A DNA stretch of 64,000 nucleotides, taken from NCBI GenBank assembly GCA_016906335.1, contig JADEYG010000012.1, positions 992,001 to 1,056,000 on the forward strand. The letters run 5' to 3'. A program made the position numbers and the translations under genes. The DNA comes from Novakomyces olei (Eukaryota). The notes below the pieces were generated by a model that was not told the DNA's origin, ran no database searches, and saw only the letters and a program-made list of their open reading frames with translations. Shown one piece after another: positions 1 to 13,858 of the stretch (within the stretch, counting starts at the first letter, position 1; each line of letters starts with the position of its first letter).

Positions 1-3000
1 GCGAATGACTTTTCGCGAAGACGGGTAGTTGAGATCAATATCGGAAATAACACTGGTCAGCAACGAAACAAAATTCTTTTCAATCATCAGCTTGGCCATT
101 TGATCAGAGTGTCGGTTTAACACAGACTGGTCAATGCCGTCTGCAAAACCGGTGGCAGATACCAGACGGTGAATAAGCTCTGAAAGCACTAGAATCCGAG
201 AGTATCGGATCTCAGTTGGGTCAGATGATGAGGAAGCGTCTCTCAGCGATTTGGCAATTGCTTCAATCAAAAACTTTCGAACAAGCTGAAGAAGTCCGGT
301 ATCGGAATTTTCAAATGATGTGGGGACAGACAGGCAAACTAGTGCCGTCATCGCCAGCTCAGACACAGACAAAAGCATTGCAACTTTAGACGCTTTATCG
401 ACACTCTGGACCAATGTGCCGAACGGTAGTAAATCATTCAAAAAGTAATTTAGCACCGTTGAACGCGGCTTGACAGGCGTGCCTAAATCCACAGTACGGA
501 AAAGACCTTTTCTTGAATAATTGATAACCTCCAATTTTGTGGCATCATAGTTCGAGACCAGCTCTGCAATGCAATAGACTAAGAAGCACCGGTAAACGTA
601 TTTCGGATGGTCTTTTGTATTTGCAGGTTTGGATTCATTCTTTTTGGACTGCTCAGTGCCTTCTTTGTTCTCTGTATCCTTCTTTTCTGTCGTTGCCACT
701 GTCGCGCTATCCTCCAAATTCAATCCTATATCCGCACACGGGTTCTCGTCTTTTTGCGCCATTAGCTCCGACAAGATGACGTGAATAACTTCTTTTGCCG
801 GCCCATAGCTGGAATTATTTAACCATTGCTGCTGGATAATAGGGCCATCTTCCGAAATGCTGGTTTGATCCTTTGCTTCTGCTGAATCCGGGGTTTTAAG
901 GGCTATTCGCTGCTCTCTAAAATTTTCGTCGTACCGATAGATTTTACACAAATCATTTGCAGCCTCAACAAACAGTTCAGGATTCCGAATTACGTAGCCG
1001 CTATTGCCTCGGAAAAATGATCCAACAAAGATGTTGCGAGCTCGGCTTTGACCTTTGAACCATGCACGTATTCCATTACAGATGATCTCTCGCTGAATCT
1101 CCGTTGTCTCTATGAGATGACGCAGGATTGATATGGCGGGTAATTGGAGAGAGTTTCCATACTTTCCGCCCTCTGTTGACATAATGGAAAGTAAGTCGCG
1201 GATTTTACCTTCTTTGATCATTAAATCAGCAAACTCACGGCTCTTTGTTTGACGAAGGAGGAGCAGGAAAAGACCAATCAAAATATTCTCGTCCGAAGGC
1301 TTACGCGACAGTATCTCGAGCGAAGCCTCAAAGATTCTTTGCTTGACGTCTTGAGGTACGATGAATCGATTGGTCGAATCTGCAACAGTTCCATCGCGTT
1401 TAAGAGTCAGTTTTGGCCGCCGGTCATTGGCCGCCAGTAAAGATTCAAATATCAACAGACAGTGAGGAGCCACCTGATCAAAACGTGCAAACAAGATGTT
1501 GAGGAAAAGGTCAAGTGAGGTAAGAGCGCTTTCCAGAAGCTGTTCCTGCAAGTCTGAATCGTGCACTAGTATCGCAATCAAATGAGCGCAGCCAGACAAT
1601 GAATTATCAATCACATCACTCCTGGCCTCCTCAGACTGTTCCTTGATCTTTCCTACGAAATAATCAAAGACAGTCTTTAGCCATTTAGTATCAGTGTCGT
1701 TCATATAGAAAGCTTTAACAAACTCTGCCGCCTCAAACGCTATTTCAGAATAGTTTTGCAATATGTCATAAACATGCTGATACTGTGACTTGAGCTCATT
1801 ACGCACCCTTGTTAGTTTTTCCACATCTGCGTCCTCAGAGGCCTCTGTATCCCAATCTTTGTCGATGCGCATATACTCGGTTTTATCGTCTACAGCTCCA
1901 GGACTGTAAGATAAAATTTCCGGATGATAATATAAAAACTCTCGAGCGATTGGGCCAATGTTCAAACTGTGTCTAAACGCATGTTCAGCCACATTTCGCG
2001 GGAAACCTAGTTCATTAAGGGTAAAAGCAACATTGTTGTGGTTGCTGCGAGCTCGCATCAAAAGAAAAATGGCAGTAATAGAGTCTGGCGTATGAAAACT
2101 GGTCTCATTGTCCCCACGTATGCAATTAATGATTACGTGAAAAAGGGCCTTTAGAAGAGAAGTCGGAATCTTGTTGCTGTACTGCTTTTGCCACAGTTCA
2201 ACAGAGACAGCTATTAAAGAGCTTCGAAGGCGCACAAGTAAAGTACTAGAGTGAAAAAACTCGGCGGCGCTCGAATCACGATCTCTGACATTGAGCGCAA
2301 ACGATTGAGGTGAATCAAGAATGTTCTTGGACACTGTAACAGTATTAAAAAAATCAAGTGCTATTTTCACACCACCAGAAACTCGCGCGGCCATAGAATG
2401 GTCTTCGACGAGATCTTCGTCTTTTGCCTCAATATCCGGGAAAGAATAATGTTCCAATTCATCCCAGAATACTCGTAATGTCGAAATCACACTTTCCAGA
2501 CCTCCACATTCATTGAAGCAAGAAAGAAGGAGGGTATTGATGGTAGGCATAGTCTTTTGATCCTCAACCATAACGAACTTGAGCATGCTCAACATAACAA
2601 GCCAGTAGTTTAGCCTCTCGTTCATATGATGGTCGATTAATGAGATAGGAGCCCAAGTCAAATGAGTCTGCATAATTACACCAATCGTACGGCAAATCAT
2701 AAAAGCCTTTTTCCTTTGATCAGCATCAGGGGCTCGTCTAGTAACCACAAGTTTGGCCAAGCCTTGCATTATCAAACCAATATGAGACGAAAAATGAGAG
2801 ATTACGTATCGCACACTGCGGAAATTATTAAATTTAGCACGTGCAGTCTCTGTTGGAAAGTCACCTTGTTCTGGAACCGAATTTGAGGGCTGTTCATCGG
2901 TATTCCATAGCTTTGGGTCGGCTGCTTTGTTCCATTCGCTTGGTAAAGCAGAGCAAAGTAAAGTTTCCTCCCAAACACAGACGCGCTGGAGCTGACCAAG

Positions 3001-6000
3001 AGAGTGGAGAAGACTGTCCTGCTCAATTGTCGGCAGGAACATGCTTATAAATTGCGTATTGTACCGTGAATGAGAAAATACAGGGATCAGCACGTCTGAC
3101 ACGAAGCTCAAAAGGCTCAATAGAGAGCTCAAGCATTCTAACAGCTCATTTGATTCATTCAATATCGTTTCTTCCTTTGGATATTCCAGTTCGATTTTGG
3201 GTAAAAAGAAAGAGTCAGTATAATGGCCTCGGTAAAGATAATCTTGGACCACTTTACGTTCCACTATTTCAAAAATCATCTTTTTGACAATCGAAAAAAG
3301 CTTGGATCCATCGTAAGGATTCACGCCACGAATAAGGTACGTAGGACTCCGACTAGCCTGAGTATTCGGGAAAGTTCGAGGCATATTAGGCAAAGCCTGA
3401 AACCGGAGAACACGTTCCAGGCAATTGTACTTTTCAAAATCAGGGTGACTAGTAAGCTGTGAAAAGAAGAGGAATCGTGAAACCATCCCGACAAAAACAC
3501 TCATTGCTGCCGGAGTAACCGAAGGCGACTCTGGATTTTGTTCCTCCATTTCCACGTCGCCTGTACCATTTACCGTGGTAAGCACAACAGTCTTGGTGAC
3601 GTCTGGTTGTCGCATTGATTTGGCCATTACTTCCAGTTTATCCATTAAACCACATATAATAGGGATAACCTGATCTTTGAGAAATGGATGATGGCATATA
3701 AGCTCCTCCAAGGCGACCCAAAAGGAAGCGAAATCGATAAGCCCCTTAGCGTGCTCTTCAGATATAAAAATATTCATAAATGACTTGAGAGCACCATACT
3801 TTTCAAACAATTCCTTGCCAGCGTGATTGAGACAGATGGCACCAAAGGCATTCACCAATGTCACTACAACCTCACTGGAACAAAGAACACTGCGATTTAC
3901 AGAGCTCAAAAGCGCTTCGCTCACTCCGGCCTCGTGAATTATTCCGTACGATAAGGGCTCATTATGAATAAAAGTTGAGACTATATTTGCTGACAAGGCA
4001 AAAACAGAGGAGCCAAAGTCTTCATGATTATCAAAAATTACTTTGATAGACTGCAAAAGACTCGAGTCGATAAGATTCCTAAGTTCCCCAGACGTGCCGG
4101 AAAAGTCCATCATATTCAATATAAAACGCAACAAAATTTTCAGTAAAGAAGCCTTTTCATAATCCATAGAATAGTCCATTGACTTGTGACGCTGTGGGCG
4201 CTGACGATATAGTAAAAATTTACTCTCATCATCAGCGACTTCAAATTGGACACGATCTACAAGCACTTTCAATCCGTCCCTAGCAATAAACTCGCCAAAA
4301 GCTTGAAAATACATCCGGAGAAGTAAATCCAGTAGGGAAACAGCGCTAAATACAATCCTGGTTTCAAATGCTGATTTTGATGGCATCCCCATCAAATGCA
4401 CGAGTCTCCCGACTAAGCCAGCTGAGATTAAAGCATGGTTCTTATTAACAAGCTCTGTAAGCAAATGGAACAGCGCGTCAATGTGCTGAGCCGAATACTT
4501 ACTAGTTCCATGCTCCACCTGTGAAATTACGTCAGAAAGAACGGACATAATCAGACCATGACTGACAGTGGCATTAAGTGCAGCTGTAACACTATTGCAA
4601 GTGCCTCTAAACTGTGTCAAGCCCCTAAGCGCGTTTAATGCACATATTTTAATAAACTCTGGAGCCTCCGAATCCAAAGACACAACATGAGCAAACTGTA
4701 AAGCCATGTCATTATCAATAGCCAAGACGCGAGACGACATAAATGATTCGCTTGATATATAGCTCAACGCAGCAACTGAAAGCATTGCTACTCCAATCAA
4801 ATGATGCCGGGACTCGGGATCGTTTATGTATTTCGCCTTCATTATACGGCACGTTAGATCAAACACAGTATCGTGTTTGACATTTCCCTGAGTTGAAATC
4901 TTTGCAAAGATCTCCTCCGGACTTGTTGCAGCAACTTCCTCAGGCGAGAGCTCCAGCAATGTAATACCTTCGTCGTTATCAGACTGACGGTCTCGACCTT
5001 GCGGCGTTTTCAAGGGTGTTGGTGTAGAGATACGTCCCTCTTTTTCCTTTCCTTTTGATTTGGGAGTTGCAGTGCTTACGGCTTGCTTGCCTTTGGGTGT
5101 TGCAACGGCCTGCTGCTGAGATTGTAATACATGCGGTTGATGCTGCTGAGACTGCTGATGCTGCTGATGCTGATGAGGCTGTTGAATTGCGGCGGACTCT
5201 TTTGGAGCCGCCAGTAAAGCCAGAGCTTCTTTAGAAGTAAAATGCTTGTAATAATAATATTTCAATCGACTCCATTCTGATGGAGTTTCCTTCGTATTGG
5301 AGAGCAGAAAGTCATAATTTTGAGCAACGCCAGCGCTCTTTGGCGAACTGGGAAGATGCCGCACTAGTCGCAGCAGTCGTTCTTGCGAAAGGCTTAAATT
5401 GTTCCCCTTATTTGTTCGCTGAGGATTCGAGCGCATGGCGATACGGAGGATCAGTTGCACGTCACAATATAAGACCTCGGGGTCCATTGTGATCAACAAG
5501 TCGGAAAGATACTGGACTTAGTATGGCAAAAAAATAAAGACAGATTAAATTTAAATTTAAATTGAAAGCAAGTTTGAGACAACACATACATGAGCAGAGC
5601 CATAGAGGCTGCGATTTGCACAATGGTCCATCAAAAAAGTGGAGAACAAAAGCACCTGCACCAGAACTTCATGGTGGGCCTGCTCGAACGGACGGTCTTG
5701 GGCATTGCTCAAGTGGTATTCACTCACGACCCGGCCCAGAATCTCGTCGAATCTATTCAGCACGGGTACCCAGTGGTACAAGTCCGCTCTTGGGTACGAC
5801 CATGTACCAAAAGACTTGAGCAAGCCTGCAAGTTCGCTCTCCGGTACTGTAGTAGCTAACGAAATAAAGTCTTGTAGCGGCTTTGGCTGTATAACACGTC
5901 AGTAACTCGTTTGCCAAAATAAAAGTAGCGCAGAGTGCTCCAGGCGACCGATCAGACATTGGTTTTAGCAGTATCGGGGGACCGCAAGCTGAAACGTCTG

Positions 6001-6126
6001 CACGGAACCTTAATAGCACATTTGTAGGATTTCTCAATCAAACAAGAAGCAAATTTACGAGAATTTTCGAGACAAGTCACTTACCGGCTGTATGAGTTTT
6101 CGTGGAGGCTGCCGCTTAATCTGCAT
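1..6126 (-). CDS. TOM1: HECT E3 ubiquitin ligase Tom1/Ptr1/HUWE1, N-terminal part (3' end outside the window). Exons 6126-6085, 5886-5590, 5511-<1
   Basis: Spliced start MQIKRQPPRKLIQP-PKPLQDF...WSYPRADLYHWVPVLNRFDEIL...HCANRSLY-YLSDLL matches the DUF908 N-terminus. GT..AG introns at 6084-5887 and 5589-5512. The frame at 5511 agrees with the frame at base 1 (ISDIDLNYPSSRKVIR). Absent from the ORF track, consistent with there being no stop inside the window. Confidence 0.93.
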
Positions 6127-6616
6127 CGCCTTTTCACCACTTTTTCAACTGGCTTTGCTCACTACACAGGTCATCGGTCGTATATAGAGCAAGACAAAAA
6201 TCAATCAGTCGTATATTATATGAAATTATTACACTTTTGCATTTATACCAAAACAGATTACTTGAACTATTCTTTGGCACGGTACGTTGCTTAATTCTAT
6301 TCATTACGTATATGTTTGGATGGAACATTAATAATAGAGTAGAAATAAATATATAGGAATAATAAATTTTAATTAATAAAATAAATAGTTAGTTGATCGA
6401 ATTATTAAATGAATAATTAGATGAATGATTAATTAACCAATTAATCAAAAATAAATAAATAAATAAAATAAAAATAAAATACAATATTACAAGGTCATTT
6501 CCAAACCAATGTGCGGCTACATGAGCAATAACTGTGCTAGTGAAGTGACTATTTTGTAATTACTATTATACAAACTCCATCAAGTTGAAAGGCGCAAATC
6601 CCTTCAAATGCTCAGT

Positions 6617-9600
6617 CTAAGTGGTATTTAAAACGTCGGCGCATCTAGTACACAAATCGCCCTCTTGTTCAGCTACACGTAACCAGCACCGTGGACACTT
6701 GTGTCCCCGCGCGCGTGTTACAGTAATCTGAACCAATTTCCCATCAATCATTTGACTGCACGTTTCAGTCTCGTCCTCAGCAAGCAGAGGCAAACTGCCG
6801 CCAATAATAGAGCGTGATACACCAAAGAAATCTGCCAGATCGGGTTTACAAGTTTTCAAAACGCTTTCTAATAAACTGTCCGAAAAATCTCCAGTCACAT
6901 GAACATCGGCCTCTAGAGGACTGCGTATCATTGATCGATTACGAGCGTGTTGCAAAGCTTTTGTAGCAAGGCCTCGCAGGTCGAATAAAATCTCTTCGTC
7001 CTCTTTAAGATACGTCAGGTCACGCGTTGGGAGACTCAAGTAAGTTTGATAGAACAAGCGTTCGGGACTCTTGAGGCCGTCTTTGCCAAAGTTTGCATGC
7101 GACCATACTTCTTCCGTCAAGACAGGCAAAATCGGGCAGAGTGCTCGAATGAGGACATTAAAGGCCTGTCATTAGTTTCATCTCACAAATTGACGAACAT
7201 AGTCATGTTGATTGATTGCTTGATTGCAGTCATATAATTCAGGAAAGCATGGCTACATAAAATAATTGAAAGGGATGCATAATTAGGAAAGGGGTAACAA
7301 ACAACGTTATTTCCAACTTACATGGTTCTGTACGGTCAAAGCGGAACGCCGGCGGATGCTATCTTGCCTATCCGCATACAAACGATCTTTAGTCATATTA
7401 AAATAAAATGCAGACAAGTCTGAACTGACAAAATTATTGACAGCCTGCACGACCCGGTTGAACTGGTATGTCTCGTATGCATCGTGCACTTCGCGCTGAA
7501 AGATATCAATCTTTTTCAAAGCAATACGATCAAGCTAGGCCATTAGTATGAAAGCTGAAAGATAAATTATTAACAAATAAAAAAGATATTAGTGACAACG
7601 AAAGAGCAGTAGTAAATCAAGCAAAAATAAGAATATCGCCGTCGATACCATTGATAATTGCTTAAAGTCAACAGCCTGGCTCTCTTTGAACCCGTTTAAA
7701 TTTCCCAACAGGAAGCGAAACGTTGCCCGAATCTTCTGCAGTGCCTTTTGCGAGTTCTCTAAGATAGTAGAGGCAAACACAACATCCTTGGCAAAATCTG
7801 CACTAGCCACCCAGTACCGAAGCACTTCGTGCCCGCCCGGGCGACCAGAATTCTTTTCGTGAATAATCTTTAAAGGATCTGTCACGTTGCCCACACTTTT
7901 GCTCATTTTCATACTATTTTCATCAAGCGTAAACCCATGGGTCAGCACACTATCAAAAGGAGCCAAAACTTCTTGATCTGTCTGATCTTGAACTGCAATA
8001 AAGGTTAATAGGCTGGACTGAAACCAGCCACGATGCTGGTCAGACCCCTCCAAATAAACGTTGGAAAGTACAGGTTTGTTTTGTATTCCGCCACTCCTTT
8101 CGCCATCGCCAATTGGCTCATTACGGAGGCCAAACTTGTCAAACACCAGCGTCCAACTGGTGCCACTATCGAACCAAACGTCCATTGTATCCTGGCCCCT
8201 TGTGAATCTTCTACCACTGTCGCGCAAGTCGGGATGGACCCACTCCATAGTATCCGTCGATTCATCCCACCAGGCATCAGTGCCGAGGGCGGCAAACCGC
8301 TGTGTTATATGAGCAATAGACTGCTCATTCATAATCGGTTCTCCGGTAGTGACGTCATAGAGCGCTGGGATGGGTACGCCCCAGCATCTCTGCCGGGAAA
8401 TGCACCATTCGTTACGCGTTCTTACATAGCTCGTGAGCCTGTTAACGCCCCTGGCTGGCACAAAATCTACGCGTCCTAACGCGTCAACTGCGCGTGATTT
8501 GATTGGCTCTAAATCAGCAAACCATTGGGCAGTTGCACGGATGAGCACCGGCTTTTTCGTTCTCCAATCGTGTGGGTACTGATGCGTATAAGCATGGGTA
8601 TGCAGGCAATGATTCATTGCCCGCAGCTTTTCAATGATATAGGCATTTCCGGCAGTAAAAACATCAAGGCCCTCTATACTGCCATCAAGCGCTTCGTTTG
8701 TATAACGGCCTCGGTCATCAACAGGGCTAAAGGGCTCAATTCCAAATTGTGCACACAGTTCGTAGTCCTCATGGCCGTGTCCGGGGGCCGTATGAACTAT
8801 ACCTGTGCCGGCATCGTCGGTTACATGTTCGCCCACTAATACAGGGCCGCTTTCTTGTAGAGTAAGAGGGTTGAAATAGGTCGTCTTGTCAGCCAGATCC
8901 TGGCCAGTTATGCCAGTGACCAATGTTTCCTCAATGCCGAATAATTCGTCCAGTGTGGAGCTTAAAGTCTCTGCGTACAATAACAAGCCGTGCTGCCGGC
9001 TGCGGCCGATACAGTAGACAATGTCTTTTCCCACCGCCAGCGCCTTGTTACTCGGCAGAGTCCAGGGCGTTGTTGTCCATACTGCAAAGGCCACGGGGCC
9101 CTGTGTGCCAAACAGATCCTGCTGCTGGATGGGGAAGCGAAGGTAAAGCGAGTTTGATCTGTGCTCCATGTATTCCAACTCTGCTTCAGCCAGAGCGGTA
9201 CGCGAGCTTGGGCTCCAATAAACAGGTTTGAATTTGCGGTTGATCAATCCTTTCTGTACCATTGCCTGGAACACTTTCAATTGTCTTAATTCAAAATCAA
9301 GGTTCATCGTATAGTACGGGTTGTGCCAGTCTCCCATAATAGCAAGCGAATGCAGAGCATTTTGCTGGTCTTTTATCGCGCTCAAGGCAAACTGGCGAGC
9401 TTTTGCTCGAATATCTAATTTTGACAAAGATGTTGCTGCTGAACGGCTTTTAAATACTTTTAATTCGATCGGTAACCCGTGACAGTCCCAACCGGGAATA
9501 TAGCTGACCTTGTGGCCCAACAGTGACTTGTGCCGGCAGATTATATCTTTTAAAACACGATTCAGTACATGCCCTGCCATTTAGTACATGCTATTATTAG

Positions 9601-10177
9601 TCTAGTTTACCTAAATGAATCGATCCATTTGCATAGGGCGGGCCATCGTGAAGAATAAAGAGTGGCCCAGTCCGGTTTTCTTCCTAGTCTGATTAGTTTG
9701 ATTGAAAAGGAGCAATATTGATTCAGTGTAGTAAATATAAAATAATAAAAGAGTCCTTTTGCCATTGCAAGTTTGGTGAGACAGAGACTTTTATTTACAA
9801 ACACTCAATTGGAAAAGTGTGGGACGAAAGAGTTGAAGAGTTAAAGCTAAAGACGAAATGGAAGCAGAACCAAAAAGTTATGCAATTATAAACACACGGC
9901 TGACAATGACATGAATAAAACTACTAGACACGAATTATTTAATAGGTTAGAAGCACGTGCTTACCTGCCAATAGTAATGATCTGTAGTGCACAGTTCCTG
10001 ATACTTTTCCACATTTCCCGCGCGATCCGTCCTTAGCGGGAAATCGGTCTTTGGTAACGCGAGCGTTTGTGCAAAAGAATTAGAGCTTGAAGAATCGGAC
10101 TTTGTTGAGGCGAAACGGCACAACGCCAATCGACGCCATTGCAGTAAACTCAGTCGCAACGCGTTCGGATGCTTCAT
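6617..10177 (-). CDS. ISM1: Mitochondrial isoleucyl-tRNA synthetase. Exons 10177-9965, 9683-9611, 9573-7649, 7534-7322, 7165-6617
   Basis: HDGPPYANGSIHLGH (HIGH motif, spans a 37-nt intron), GWDCHGLPIE, WTTTPWT, WCISRQR, EGSDQHRGWF, KMSKS and a C-terminal CPRCW..CTRC zinc finger. Arg/Leu/Ser-rich presequence-like N-terminus. Confidence 0.95.
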
Positions 10178-10403
10178 TGTATGCAATAATTTAGAGCATA
10201 ATGCATGAATATCGCCTGCTCATGTACATGTCAAGCGCCTTTGCTTCGTGAATGTGATTATTGAGTACTTTCCAGTTTATAGCAAAATTTATGTGAGGAT
10301 TATTTGCTATCAGCTGGTGTACCATAATAAACGTTATATTGGAATTCTTATTACATTTGTCAATCAATAATTGCATTGTGAGTGTGGTACACCCTCAAAA
10401 TAG

Positions 10404-10424
10404 GGACGGGTACCCGTCCGCTTA
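10404..10424. repeat. 16-bp perfect palindrome GGACGGGTACCCGTCC, copy 1 of a dispersed element
   Basis: Self-reverse-complementary. 10406-10424 is identical to 48349-48367, and the 12-bp core recurs at 61906-61917. Confidence 0.85.
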
Positions 10425-10869
10425 ATATAGTCTCATTGGCTTACTTATTCACCTGGCGAATTACATTATATTTCATCCCACAAGATCCACTAATTTTCAA
10501 GTAATGGACCGTTAACTGTCAAGTCGGCGCAGATTACATAATAGATGGAGCGTAATTAAATGTGGGGATACAGTGTACAGGAACAACTGATCCTCGTTCT
10601 CTCATTTGGTGCTCTATAAGTTTGGCAACTAGAGGCTTTGTACTGCATGTAGTTTTAAATCGTCAACAACGTTTCTTCTGTCTAGGCCTATTCTATTCTA
10701 TTATTTCTGCTCAGATTAACAACTATATATATGTATTCACGGGCCATCAACTTAACGGTACCATGCATAAATCATAAAACTATCTCGCCAACACTAACTG
10801 TCGGTATCATTAAACAACCTTGAAGTCCAAACGACCGATCGAGGATTGCATGCTCTTTAATGCAGATGC

Positions 10870-11202
10870 TTAGAATTTGTCCACCATTCTGCGGAAAAAA
10901 TCTCCGCCCTTGAAAATTAGTAAACAGGCATTTTATTCCAAAAAAAACAAAAGTTAGAAGAAAAAAGTTCAGAATGGAACAAAAATAAAATTAATAATAG
11001 GTGACAATCATAACATATAAAATTTTGCGCATACCTGGCTAGGCGGACTTTGATCCTTAAAAGCGTCTGCCTTTTCCTTTGACATACGACGCTGACGCTG
11101 AAGTCCGGCGAAAAATTCGCCGCCATGGCCGTCCACGCCGTTAGACATTCGGCGTTGGCCTTGTGCACCTTTAGGTGGTGATGAAGAAGTATCGTCAGCC
11201 AT
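10870..11202 (-). CDS. Small hydrophilic 68-aa protein, CON-8-like. Exons 11202-11035, 10908-10870
   Basis: MADDTSSSPPKGAQGQRRMSNG...FFAGLQRQRRMSKEKADAFKDQSPPSQ-GGDFFRRMVDKF*. Intron GTATGC...CTAAT..AAG. The RRxS / F.GL..Q.R / F.EQ pattern resembles fungal CON-8-type proteins. TATA-like TATATAAA about 65 nt upstream. Confidence 0.7.
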
Positions 11203-11423
11203 TTTTTCTATATAGTAAGACTCTTGAGTTCTAGAAAAATAGCAAGGCAGCAGCAGCAAATGAACTTGTTTATATACCTAAAAACGGGCCATTTAGCTGT
11301 TACCGAGCCTTCTCATGGCACGTCATATACAAAGCAATAAGATTATAGGGGAAATTGTGATACAAAACTTGCGGGGTATCTTAGAAATAAAGTATAGCGT
11401 ACTAAATACAACGAACAAGTATG

Positions 11424-11433
11424 ATGACGTCAT
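11424..11433. promoter_or_regulatory. Perfect palindromic CRE/M26-type site ATGACGTCAT (ATF/CREB, Atf1-Pcr1 type)
   Basis: Exact ATGACGTCAT about 220 bp upstream of the CON-8-like ATG. A half-site ACGTCAT lies near 11320 and TGACTCA near 11484. Confidence 0.55.
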
Positions 11434-12258
11434 ATGTCTTTACCACTGAACGATAACAAACCAATTTCAAAAATACAACGAACTGACTCAGCATTACGTT
11501 TAATTTGGGATAAAGCATTATACTTTGGAGAAACCAACGATTACAGTTAAAGCAAGCGATAACCATCCGCTGAGCGAATTAGCAGTGTTTGCTATACTAT
11601 CACAGAACTCCTCAAGTATGTTTTTAATAAATATTATTATAGATTTGGTTGTCTTCTATTCCTCAAGCGTATATTGTTCTCAACGGCGCACAAAGTTTTT
11701 GAACATGTATATCCTTTGCGTCAACACATTGGTTTTTGCGCTACACTTTGCGACCGACATAGCCACTCTAAGCACAATGCAATATATAGGTGCATTGCTT
11801 TAAGTACATTGACGTACGTACATTTCAGGAAAGTAAACTGCAAAAATCTGCAATTGAAATTGAATATATTAAACTTAGCTATTTAGTACTCTTCTGCTTC
11901 TCCAGATGGCGGCCAGGGTCCCAAAACTCTATCAAAAACATAGACTCCGTAAAAGTAGATGAAAATTGAAAATGAAGCATATATATATAAGAGGTTGCAA
12001 AAGCCTGAAGTATACGACTAAGAGGAATTAATTAAATTAGGAAAAATGTGCTCTCTCCATTATACAATAAAGCAGGATATTCACAAGTTTAATGCCAGTA
12101 AAGGCAGGCCCAAAAGCATGCAAATGCGCATTATTTTCGCACGCGATCATCAATGATAAATAAAGCGTATATAAAACGTTAAATCCGGTTTTTTGCTCAA
12201 AAAGATGAAGCGGTCTCGAAAATATATCTCGTTTACGTTATACATGATGTCGAGTAAA

Positions 12259-13519
12259 CTAAGGACCCAAAGTAGAACTGGTTCGTTGCTCCATTGCCTT
12301 GAGAACGTGCTTTGGAAAAGTACGGCCTACGTCACGTTTAATCGCCTTTTCATATGAGCAGGGCTGTTCCAGTAGAGTGCGGTACTGCTGTTCCAAACCG
12401 TGCCCAGGCGAAGCACTGGCAAGCTGCCACATTACTTCGCGTAGGCAAGCAGGAATCCCGCCTTGAATAGCACGCAAAAGGTCAGCCGTACGATTGGCCG
12501 CCATTTCTTCGTAATTTTGCACAATTTGGTCCCACAAATCTGTCGTCAAAACAAGAGGAAAGATAGGAAATGGAAAGTTTAAAATTAATTAAAATAAAAA
12601 AAAAATAAAAATGAAAGAAAGATCAAAAACAAAATATCAGAATACCACATTAATGTCAATGAAAAATAAAGTTAAGAGCACATACCCCAATCTGTCAATG
12701 TGTCTGCGTTAGTGGCCTTAATCTGTTGAAATCGGCTGTACAATGCCTCTGCCACACTAACTTTACTGTCTCCAATGGCAAGAGAATTAAGCTTTAGTGA
12801 CTCGGCATGGCTGGCTAGTAATTGCGTATTATTTGCATACATATAGCTACCTCCACTTTCCTGGGAACTTGATCGGCTCAGTCGTTTTTGCGTTGTTTTC
12901 GGGGACCTCAGCCAAGCGAATGCTCGGTAATTAGTTCCTGGTGAGACTGCTGTTGATCGCGGCGGTAGATTTGGTCGCGTTGTGGCACGATCAAAGTTCC
13001 GTACAGATCCTCTGTCAGATCTCTCTGACCGATTCACGAGGGGAGGCTCTTTATTTTCTGACTCGAAGCCTGATTCTTGTTCCACGGCTTTATTGAATTC
13101 GTCATCTTGTCCAGTATTTGCATCGTTCTTTCGTCCATTGTCTGATTGTTGGGCCACGTCAACGGGCGGCTTGTCATTCTGTGGAACGCGTTGGCTATGC
13201 AACGCGTTTGTTTGCTCTTTATTCGTTTCATGTCCCGATTCATTCGTGGACTCGGCCGTCTCTTCCAAAACTGCAGGCTCCAAGTCTGTGCCTGGTACTG
13301 TATCAGACTGCCGTTCACTTGACTCTTCAGCCGCAGTAGAATGGGGCTGCGCAGTCGGCGTTTCGGACACGGTCTCGCCTCGCTCTTCCCTCGCGTTCTC
13401 AAAAACGTCCTCGTCATTGTCAGGAGTGCCAGAAAGAGCAATCTAAAATTTCGCAATCAGTATATAATAAAAGGTGAGTGCATTACATCAGTTTCTGACA
13501 TTGACGTGCTCTGTTCCAT
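12259..13519 (-). CDS. Gyp5-like TBC/Rab-GAP protein truncated inside the TBC domain (~356 aa). Exons 13519-13487, 13442-12686, 12539-12259
   Basis: Acidic disordered N-terminus, then DWDLWDQIVQNY...IQGGIPACLREVMWQ...YEKAIKRDVGRTFPKH (TBC start with the IxxDxxR finger). Stop 15 codons later with no GYxQG motif. Confidence 0.75.
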
Positions 13520-13858
13520 TGCCTTTCTGCACACTCGACGCCTTTAGGCCGCCAAATCAGATGAGATTGATCAAATACGTGTTAAATAGGGTATTTTATA
13601 ATACCGTTTAATATAACGAATAACTAAAAGCTGCTACAGATTTACATAAATAAAGGAATAATAAATAATAAATAATAAATAATAAATAATAACAAGCATA
13701 AATAAATAAACATGGTTTATAAAAGTGTCAATAATACCCATATTTACGCATCACGTTCCCACAAAAGGCACACAGGGCGAATCTAGTATAGCGATTTTAT
13801 GGCCCTCTAAGGGCACATACCCGATCAAAGGCTAACCGTATCTTCAAAGACTTGGATT

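Noticed and set aside
537-5492. Short plus-strand ORFs, and an apparent coding desert at 1-5.5 kb
   Set aside because: The region is the long minus-strand TOM1 exon. The plus-strand ORFs are antisense shadows.
5762-5773. ACGGGTACCCAG near-match to the dispersed palindrome
   Set aside because: It lies inside the conserved TOM1 codons for HWVPV, is imperfect and lacks the AATAGG flank.
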